Of a stretch of DNA of 64,000 nt, positions 57,694 through 64,000 are shown one piece after another (the stretch's first letter is position 1; every line of letters starts with the position of its first letter). The DNA is from a virus. Location of the stretch: IMG/VR virus record IMGVR_UViG_3300025646_005060, positions 9,853 through 73,852 of that record; one strand, given 5' to 3'. The position numbers and the translations under genes were made by a program. The notes under the pieces were generated by a model. The model saw only the letters and a program-made list of their open reading frames with translations, made no database searches and was not told the origin of the DNA.

Positions 57694-58972
57694 CAAGACA
57701 ATGGCAAATGAAGAACTAGGATCTCTTTTCAGTTCCAACATGATGTCCATTGCTCCTAACGTTATAACTTCATTATCCGCCGATACTTCTCCAATACCAT
57801 CCATAGAAAACGTCACGGATGCTACTCAGTCGGTCATCAATAATAATGTAAATTTAAGTTTAAACATTGCTAATGCGGGTCAGGGTGTAAGTAAGAACTA
57901 CAATAACATAGGAAAGGAAATTAATAATTTCTTAAATACCGAAAAGATTACAGATCCATTGGATTTAAAAAAAAATTATCAATCAAACTTAAAAATAGAA
58001 AATACTAATTTAATATCAAATAATTCATACAGTCCAAGTGAAAATATATCAATAAATTCTTCTTCAGTCTCTGCTCCAGTGACAAATATTACTAATTCTA
58101 ATATTACTAATTTTAATTCAAATTTATCTCAAACACCACCATCAATGAGTTCATTTGAAAATAATGTCATAAATGGAAATGAAAGTTCAACTACTATAAT
58201 AACCAATCCTAAAATTGAAAATATCTCAAATCAACAGATACCACAACTGTCTTCTGATAATGTTAACATTCAATCCAACAGCAGCGAAAACATTACAAAT
58301 AATAGCAATATAACAAATCTGACAAATCAATCAGATTCATCAATTATACAATCAACAAATAACAACTCTTATCAATCTATTGGAGATGGCAATTCTTTTG
58401 AAAATCAATCAGATTCATCAATTATACAATCAACAAATAACAACTCTTATCAATCTATTGGAGATGGCAATTCCTCAGTATCCAATTTCACAAATTCTTA
58501 CAATTATACAAATAATCAAAATCAAAATAATATGACAAATGTGGCATCAATGTCCACAAATTCTCAACAACAATTTGTGGGAAACTATTCAACGGTGGTG
58601 GTGGAAAACAGGGCATCATACAAACCCCTAGAAAGAATGGATGCAAATCCAAATCCACAATTTTCCAATGGACAACGAGATATAATTAATACTTCTCCGA
58701 GCGAGAAGGTGCAGTCAATTGAAACTCGTTTGATGGAATTGGAACGAATTGAAGGAGAAAATAGAGATTTAAATAATGAAAAAACAAATTCAATTCAAAA
58801 CTATAGCACAATGGATGCTGTATTTGATACTCCGATGTTTGAAAAAATTTCAGACAACACATCACCTCATAAAACATCCAATATCAATAAAAGTTCCATG
58901 AGTGCCAACACAATTGGTATACTCATTAATAAAATGAACAGTCCCCCAATATGGAGGACTGTTCTAGGGTAA
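57680..58972 (+). CDS. Asn/Ser-rich low-complexity protein, candidate tape measure (gp29 position)
   Basis: Directly follows gp26/gp51; low complexity; no catalytic motifs. Function inferred from synteny only. Confidence 0.4.
   Translation: MAEDNKTMANEELGSLFSSNMMSIAPNVITSLSADTSPIPSIENVTDATQSVINNNVNLSLNIANAGQGVSKNYNNIGKEINNFLNTEKITDPLDLKKNYQSNLKIENTNLISNNSYSPSENISINSSSVSAPVTNITNSNITNFNSNLSQTPPSMSSFENNVINGNESSTTIITNPKIENISNQQIPQLSSDNVNIQSNSSENITNNSNITNLTNQSDSSIIQSTNNNSYQSIGDGNSFENQSDSSIIQSTNNNSYQSIGDGNSSVSNFTNSYNYTNNQNQNNMTNVASMSTNSQQQFVGNYSTVVVENRASYKPLERMDANPNPQFSNGQRDIINTSPSEKVQSIETRLMELERIEGENRDLNNEKTNSIQNYSTMDAVFDTPMFEKISDNTSPHKTSNINKSSMSANTIGILINKMNSPPIWRTVLG
58324..58473. repeat. Perfect 72-bp direct repeat, period 78 bp (26 aa)
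   Basis: 58324-58395 equals 58402-58473; encodes NQSDSSIIQSTNNNSYQSIGDGNS twice. Confidence 0.92.
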
Positions 58973-58991
58973 AGGAGAGAAAGTTTGTTAA

Positions 58992-59882
58992 TCAGTCTTC
59001 AGCAAGTCGCTGAAAGTAACTGAGTGCATCGGATTCATCTTCAACATCATCTTCAACTGGTTTCTTTTGCTTGAGAGTAGGCTTCTTTTCCACCAGTTCT
59101 TCTGCGATGTCTTCAGCAGTCTTCTGATTTGTAGGAGCACCACCACGAATATCTCCACCAAGAACCTCTTGCATTCTTGCCTTCAGTTCTTCATACGACT
59201 TGAAGTTTGAAGAATCAAGGAATGGAAGAAGAGCATGTTGCGACTTCCAGATTCGTTCGAGTTGAGCATCATCTCCAGAGAGAGGAGTCATTGAATCAAA
59301 CTTTGATGCGTCGTAGTTGGTGTAACCACCAACCTTGCGAATCTTGATGCGGAAGTTAGCACCCTTCCAGAAATCAAACGGATTGACTGGTTCCTCGTCT
59401 TGGAACTCAGGCTTCATGACCTCCTGAATCTTCTCAAAGATCTTGGTTCCGTATTTATAGAGAAAGACCTTACCTTCGTTTTGAGGATTCGCAGGATCCG
59501 AAACAACGTAGATGTTAGAGATGTAAGTGAGTTTACGCTTACGAACACGGGCAAGATCCTTATCTGACTCTAGACCTGAATTCCAGAGCATGTTATTGAG
59601 TTCACCAACTGGATCCTTCTGACCAAGAGTCGTGAGAGAATTCTCAATGTACCAACCACCTGGTCCCTGAAACGCATGATTGTATACCTTTACCCAAGGT
59701 ACGTCTTCCCCGTCAACTGGAGGAAGAAAACGAATGATCGCAAATCCGTTTCCTGACTTATCCTGCTCTGGACGCCAGAAACGATCATCCTTGTAGTCCT
59801 TTGCCTTTGTCTGATCATCCATCTTCTTGATGAGATCTTCAATTCCTGCTTTGGACTTCTTCTTAAGATCGCTAAAACCCAT
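58992..59882 (-). CDS. gp32: Single-stranded DNA-binding protein (gp32); start MGFSDLKK at 59882
   Basis: DDRFWRP..DKSGNG.AIIRFLP, HAFQGPGGWYIENSLTTLG..DPV, KRKL.Y.SNI, GKVFLYKYG.KI, acidic tail. Confidence 0.98.
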   Translation of the reverse strand: MGFSDLKKKSKAGIEDLIKKMDDQTKAKDYKDDRFWRPEQDKSGNGFAIIRFLPPVDGEDVPWVKVYNHAFQGPGGWYIENSLTTLGQKDPVGELNNMLWNSGLESDKDLARVRKRKLTYISNIYVVSDPANPQNEGKVFLYKYGTKIFEKIQEVMKPEFQDEEPVNPFDFWKGANFRIKIRKVGGYTNYDASKFDSMTPLSGDDAQLERIWKSQHALLPFLDSSNFKSYEELKARMQEVLGGDIRGGAPTNQKTAEDIAEELVEKKPTLKQKKPVEDDVEDESDALSYFQRLAED

Positions 59883-59896
59883 ACTGCCTACTTTCC

Positions 59897-59943
59897 CCAA
59901 GGATCTCCCTTGGACTTTTACTTGACGGTGGGAACTCCCCACC
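59897..59943 (-). promoter_or_regulatory. Twin stem-loops in the gp32 5' leader (candidate translational operator)
   Basis: GGTGGG-GAGTT-CCCACC and CCAAGG-GAGAT-CCTTGG. Confidence 0.6.
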
Positions 59944-59948
59944 CCTGA

Positions 59949-59977
59949 AGTATACCATGTGTAATATTGCCTGTCAA
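59949..59977 (-). promoter_or_regulatory. Sigma70-type promoter TTGACA-N17-TATACT for gp32
   Basis: Near-consensus with TGG extended -10. Confidence 0.8.
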
Positions 59978-60201
59978 CCCAGAGGCAATTTGTTCTTAAT
60001 TCTTGGTAAAAGATTTAAATCTCTACCCTCTTGCTCAATCTTTTCAAGCAGTGGTCTGGTTAAAAGTTTTGGGGCAAGAGAAAAATCATACGAATACTCT
60101 TCAAAATAATAAATAACAGCGTCCATGTATGATGAATTCTTGTCTCTCACATAATTTTCAATTCTCTTAGAGAATTCTTCTCGGGTAATGTTGAATATCA
60201 T
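59974..60201 (-). CDS. gp33: Late transcription co-activator (gp33)
   Basis: FS.RIE..V......YMDAV..Y.E......APKLL..PL.EKIE.E...LNLL pattern; adjacent to gp32. Confidence 0.85.
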   Translation of the reverse strand: MIFNITREEFSKRIENYVRDKNSSYMDAVIYYFEEYSYDFSLAPKLLTRPLLEKIEQEGRDLNLLPRIKNKLPLG

Positions 60202-60207
60202 AAACTC

Positions 60208-60235
60208 ATTATACCATGGTTATAAACACTGTCAA
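60208..60235 (-). promoter_or_regulatory. Sigma70-type promoter TTGACA-N16-TATAAT for gp33 (leaderless)
   Basis: Consensus hexamers; ATG 6 nt downstream of the -10. Confidence 0.75.
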
Positions 60236-60271
60236 TCTCTACACTATATATAAGAATAAAGGGAATAATAT

Positions 60272-61516
60272 ATGCCATATACTGCCGACAACATTGAAAT
60301 CACAATAGCATCTGGAACTGCTATTCTTGCCACTGATTATGGTACAAGTGGAACTGGATTTAGTCTTGCTCATGCTCAGATCGCAAAGGTTTCTTGGGGT
60401 GACGATAGCACCACATATAGAGCAAGTGAGACATATCCATTCCCTGTAAAGATATACGGCATCACTGGCACTACGATTCCCATCAGTGGAACGATTTCTG
60501 GTACTGGTGATTTCTATGTTCGCACAAATCCAACCATTCCTTTGATCGTAAAGGGTTCTACTTTCTCTACAGATGCTCCTGTTGGAATTACTGGATCAAT
60601 TCAAGGCATCTCTGGTGGTCAGGCCGTCGCAGTCTCTGGATCAGTTTCTGTCACCAATAATGTAGGCGTCTATGGAATCAGTGGAGCAACCGCAATTGCT
60701 ATTACTGGTGGAAGACATTTAGATTCGTCCACCGATAGTGTTTATGTTTATGGTGACGTAGGAATTAGTGGTGGATTCCAATTAGTTGCTGCTGATGATT
60801 CTGTTTCTGTATATGGTCCTGGTGGATCAACGTACATTGAAGCGAATCTTAATGTAGCAGGAACTCCTCTTGGAATATCTGGAGACGCACTCAAGGTAGC
60901 AGTCACAAATGCTGGATTTACTTTCTCGGTTTCACTTTCATCAACAGTTGGAGTGACCAACGACGCAGCAGATAATGCTCTAAGGGTTCAAGGTCTTTCT
61001 GGTGGAACACCAGTCACTATTCAAGGAAGTCTCGCAGGAGGTGCTGTAGAAATTGGAGCATATACTGCGGTTCCCGTTGGTGTCTCTGGAACAGTTTCAA
61101 TTGATGATACGGATATCATTGATGAGATTGAATCACTCAAGACCAACATCGGAACTGTTGCGACAAATGCAGGATATGCGCTTGATATTCTTAACCTCAT
61201 CAACACAGGTGGTGATGGAGCAAGAGTAATTGTAAATTCTATCGCAAGAGCAAATAGAATTTCACATTCTCAAGTCACAGTCACTTCAAATACTTCCATT
61301 CTTGGAAATCAAACAGGTCTGAAATCTGGTGTTACAATCAAATCATTGGCAACAAACACGACTGACATTTACGTCGGAAATTCACTCGCATTGACAACGA
61401 CCAATGGTTATGTCTTGAGTCCTGGCGAAACTCTATTCCTTGAAGTCAGTACTCTTGGATCTATATTTGTTAGAACATCTGCGGGATCAGCAACTCTAGC
61501 ATATATCGCAACATGA
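60272..61516 (+). CDS. Gly/Ser/Thr-rich putative virion fibre or decoration protein
   Basis: Repeated V.V.G.[TS]G beta-type motifs, short coiled coil, C-terminal GVTIK....N...IYVG......GY.L.PGE domain; TATATATA late-like motif upstream. Confidence 0.55.
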   Translation: MPYTADNIEITIASGTAILATDYGTSGTGFSLAHAQIAKVSWGDDSTTYRASETYPFPVKIYGITGTTIPISGTISGTGDFYVRTNPTIPLIVKGSTFSTDAPVGITGSIQGISGGQAVAVSGSVSVTNNVGVYGISGATAIAITGGRHLDSSTDSVYVYGDVGISGGFQLVAADDSVSVYGPGGSTYIEANLNVAGTPLGISGDALKVAVTNAGFTFSVSLSSTVGVTNDAADNALRVQGLSGGTPVTIQGSLAGGAVEIGAYTAVPVGVSGTVSIDDTDIIDEIESLKTNIGTVATNAGYALDILNLINTGGDGARVIVNSIARANRISHSQVTVTSNTSILGNQTGLKSGVTIKSLATNTTDIYVGNSLALTTTNGYVLSPGETLFLEVSTLGSIFVRTSAGSATLAYIAT

Positions 61517-62529
61517 TAAGAAATAAAACGACATCCTCTCTTAAACAAACAGAAAAAGAAAAACTGGTATTGGTTAGATATTCTTTGCTGTATGGAATCA
61601 GCATAGAAAGAGCAAAACCAGAAACACTAAGTCTAAAGAGAGGCATCGTTGCTACACCTACATTTTTATTTCACACTAACAACACCAAGTGCCTAATAGA
61701 CTACAGCAATCAGACAAATTCTGATGCCGAAAAAGCAACAAAGGAATTCTTTGATCAAATTACAACTGGTACGACACTTACAATAACAAATGGTTATTAT
61801 AAGGATCCAAATTTTGATTTTTCAGCAGATGTGTCTGGAACATATGTGTATAGAAGTTATTTCAATGGAGTCATACAGGCGGATGTCACCACAGTTGAAA
61901 GTCTGTACAGTGGTATCACGAAGTACAACAAATTAAACTTTGAACAGATTCCATATCTAAGTGTTCCTTCGCTTAAGACACCAGACGAAAACAAAACTCT
62001 AATTAAAAACAAATTAGGAAAGAACACAAAGAATTCATTCAACTATCTTGGAGTGAAGGTGGGGGACTATATTAGAATAAGTTCTGATACTGTTCCTCTG
62101 AAGGTCTTGAAACTAGAAGTTGATTCTGAAGGAAACGAGTTTATAGAGATTCAGGGAGTATTGGAAGAAGTAGATTATACAAATCAAAAAATCAAGATTG
62201 AAGTATATGTTTCAGTTGTTGATAAGTACACAACTACTCCCAACACAGAAGAAAGAGATGTTGGTGCTTGTATAGAATACTCTGGTGGAGTGATTGTTTC
62301 ATGTAATAACAACCACACACTCTCACAGTGTAGAGCAAGATCTAGCACCGTAAAAGGTGTAACTACAGAACTTACTCTAGGCACATTCTGCTCCACACCA
62401 GAGACAAGTACTGCTGTGCAGACTACCACAACTGATAATCTGGTTCAAATCACCAACACCTTGGCAGATGCCGTGGTGAATATCAACAACACGATCAGTA
62501 GAACTAAATTCTACGGCAGAAATTTTTAA
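61513..62529 (+). CDS. Hypothetical protein
   Basis: 338-aa ORF coupled by ATGA overlap to the upstream gene; contains one VGAC...C...C...C module. Confidence 0.6.
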   Translation: MIRNKTTSSLKQTEKEKLVLVRYSLLYGISIERAKPETLSLKRGIVATPTFLFHTNNTKCLIDYSNQTNSDAEKATKEFFDQITTGTTLTITNGYYKDPNFDFSADVSGTYVYRSYFNGVIQADVTTVESLYSGITKYNKLNFEQIPYLSVPSLKTPDENKTLIKNKLGKNTKNSFNYLGVKVGDYIRISSDTVPLKVLKLEVDSEGNEFIEIQGVLEEVDYTNQKIKIEVYVSVVDKYTTTPNTEERDVGACIEYSGGVIVSCNNNHTLSQCRARSSTVKGVTTELTLGTFCSTPETSTAVQTTTTDNLVQITNTLADAVVNINNTISRTKFYGRNF

Positions 62530-62711
62530 GCAGCTTCCAATCTAGGATCTGAAGCACTGACATCAGTGATTTGAATTTCCTGACTAGTGGAGAATGCTTT
62601 TCTATTTTGTATCAATTCGTTTGCTCTAGAGGTTGCCTCATTTTCGTCATTTGCTAGAATATTGATGGTGTGGAAAATGACTTGCTCTGCCTTGACTTTA
62701 AATAACTTCAT
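62526..62711 (-). CDS. Hypothetical protein (61 aa)
   Basis: Strong SD GGAGGA upstream; packs between neighbours. Confidence 0.6.
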   Translation of the reverse strand: MKLFKVKAEQVIFHTINILANDENEATSRANELIQNRKAFSTSQEIQITDVSASDPRLEAA

Positions 62712-62720
62712 GGCGTCCTC

Positions 62721-62939
62721 CTAAACAAACTTGACATCTTGAGGAACGATACCGAATCGGTCCTGAAGACTTTTGTTTATGACATTAAATGCTTGGGTAT
62801 TCTCATACCAAACAGAAAGGGTTACGGCATCTGTTGAGACACCGTAACCCCGTATTTTACATTCAGGTTTTGATTCTAAAAATCTTTTAGGTTTGCCACT
62901 AAACTCAATAAAAGAGTAGAGGTATGTGACTTGAATCAT
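62721..62939 (-). CDS. Hypothetical protein (72 aa)
   Basis: SD AGGTG upstream; compact arrangement. Confidence 0.6.
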   Translation of the reverse strand: MIQVTYLYSFIEFSGKPKRFLESKPECKIRGYGVSTDAVTLSVWYENTQAFNVINKSLQDRFGIVPQDVKFV

Positions 62940-62961
62940 TCACCTTTATGTATATTATTTC

Positions 62962-63369
62962 TCACTTTCGTGAGTTCTTCACATTGCAGCACTGAGACAC
63001 ATGATTTAGTCTCTCTACATCATCACGAACTTCTCGTAGACCATCATCAATGTAACGATAGCAAGCATCCCACTCACGATAGAGATCGTCACGCTCACGC
63101 TTGAATTCTGCTTCGGTCTTGCTGAGTGCGATATAAACAAGCACACCGACTCCGAAGCAGAGAGAACCAAACAGTTCAAACATATCTCCAGTGCGAGGAG
63201 CAAGATTCTTGCCAGCGAAAAACACAAAGACATGAGTAAGAACGCCAACCCACCCTAGAACATTAACGAATAAATTTGTAATCTTTGACATATTTTTTCC
63301 TTTCATTCTTCTGAGAAACGGGGGACTAACACGAATTGTATTAAACACATTATATGTTTTGATTGACAT
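62962..63369 (-). CDS. Small membrane protein (two hydrophobic segments plus C-terminal coiled coil)
   Basis: LFVNVLGWVGVLTHVFVFFA and LFGSLCFGVGVLVYIAL; SD GGAGG before 63369 and AAGGA before 63291. Confidence 0.6.
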   Translation of the reverse strand: MSIKTYNVFNTIRVSPPFLRRMKGKNMSKITNLFVNVLGWVGVLTHVFVFFAGKNLAPRTGDMFELFGSLCFGVGVLVYIALSKTEAEFKRERDDLYREWDACYRYIDDGLREVRDDVERLNHVSQCCNVKNSRK

Positions 63370-63383
63370 TGTAAACCTCCAAG

Positions 63384-63457
63384 CATCCCTGAGAGGGCTC
63401 GAACCTCTGACCCACAGCTTAGAAGGCTGTTGCTCTATCCAACTGAGCTACAGGGAT
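63384..63457 (-). tRNA. tRNA-Arg (anticodon TCT), CCA not encoded
   Basis: Acceptor ATCCCTG/CAGGGAT, D-arm GCTCAGTTGGATAGAGC, anticodon arm ACAGC-CTTCTAA-GCTGT, T-arm AGAGG-TTCGAGC-CCTCT. Confidence 0.95.
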
Positions 63458-63465
63458 ATATACCC

Positions 63466-63494
63466 ATTGTACCACAAATGGGTATCCATGTCAA
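63466..63494 (-). promoter_or_regulatory. Sigma70-type promoter TTGACA-N17-TACAAT for the tRNA
   Basis: Consensus -35, TGG-TACAAT, 8 nt upstream of the tRNA 5' end. Confidence 0.75.
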
Positions 63495-63499
63495 GCCTG

Positions 63500-63811
63500 T
63501 CAGACTGACAACTTAAGGTTTGCTGAAGGATCAATTACCTTTTTACCAGGAATTACCAGATTATTTACAACAACATTTGTGTAATGGTCTTCAAGATCCT
63601 TTTGTGCGTCAACCATGAACACTACATGGGACTTTAATAGATCAATTCCATCCTCAACATTAGCGTATGGCAACCATTTTGCCAAGAGCAACTTTCCTTC
63701 GGGGGATGGAATTAGAACCGAAGGATCTTTAAGAGTCACTGAGGTTTTAGTTTCCTCAATGCTTGCGATAATCTCTTCACCACTCATTAGACGAACAATT
63801 TTCACTGCCAT
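63500..63811 (-). CDS. Conserved T4-like small hypothetical protein (Sm-like)
   Basis: VKIVRLMSGEEIIA...L.DP.....W.PY; SD AAGGAG. Confidence 0.7.
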   Translation of the reverse strand: MAVKIVRLMSGEEIIASIEETKTSVTLKDPSVLIPSPEGKLLLAKWLPYANVEDGIDLLKSHVVFMVDAQKDLEDHYTNVVVNNLVIPGKKVIDPSANLKLSV

Positions 63812-63816
63812 AATAA

Positions 63817-64000
63817 TTACTCCTTATCTTCTGGACACTTAAACATTATACGATCCCAAAACTTACACTTTGGGGGTTTATCAATAGGCCAACATGTACA
63901 ACAGTCGGATGGAATTTTGTCTGCATTTTTTGAATCTTCTGCTCTGGCAACTGCTTTTTCAATTTCTTTCATCGTAAGAAGCATGTCAATGCAGCGATCA
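63817..64000 (-). CDS. Hypothetical protein, 5' end outside window
   Basis: Open frame ...DRCIDMLLTMKEIEKAVARAEDSKNADKIPSDCCTCWPIDKPPKCKFWDRIMFKCPEDKE*. Confidence 0.55.
   Translation of the reverse strand, partial: DRCIDMLLTMKEIEKAVARAEDSKNADKIPSDCCTCWPIDKPPKCKFWDRIMFKCPEDKE

Noticed and set aside
58324-58473. CRISPR-like repeat
   Set aside because: Only two copies, 72 bp long, with a 6-bp spacer, in frame within a CDS; no cas genes.
59883-59942. N-terminal extension of gp32 given in the ORF track (start 59942)
   Set aside because: The region coincides with the predicted TSS and structured leader; gp32-like sequence begins at MGFSDLKK (59882).
1-64000. Stop-codon reassignment
   Set aside because: Conserved genes are intact in code 11 and end in TAA, TGA or TAG at the expected positions.

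Overview
A 64 kb segment of a T4-like myovirus genome. Gene order resembles the cyanophage/pelagiphage-type T4 superfamily. It is almost fully coding, mostly on the minus strand, in the standard genetic code. From left to right it holds: a glycosylation cluster (FkbM methyltransferase, GT10-GT2 fusion, DxD transferase, second GT10); the replication and recombination core (regA, gp62/44/45, gp46/47, gp55, uvsW, uvsY); head, tail and neck genes (gp3, 23, 22, 21, 67/68-like, 20, 19, 18, 17, 16, 15, 14, 13); a ~16 kb cluster of collagen/Cys-rich/DUF1566-like fibre proteins; baseplate genes (gp8, 7, 6, 25, a 1928-aa gp27-like hub, 53, 48, 4, 54, 26, 51); a candidate tape measure; gp32, gp33, two plus-strand genes and tRNA-Arg(TCT). 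The most notable signals are: (1) a candidate programmed -1 frameshift fusing gp26 to gp51 just upstream of the tape-measure candidate, like lambda G/GT; (2) pervasive G-x-[T/S] motifs in virion proteins next to apparently late-expressed glycosyltransferases, suggesting a phage virion-glycosylation system; (3) GACC-type Cys-rich repeats in five tail proteins; (4) several RNA-level regulatory elements (twin hairpin in the gp32 leader, an RBS-sequestering hairpin containing a late promoter, leaderless early genes, an orphan antisense sigma70 promoter). All calls come from motif recognition and synteny by eye; no database searches were run.
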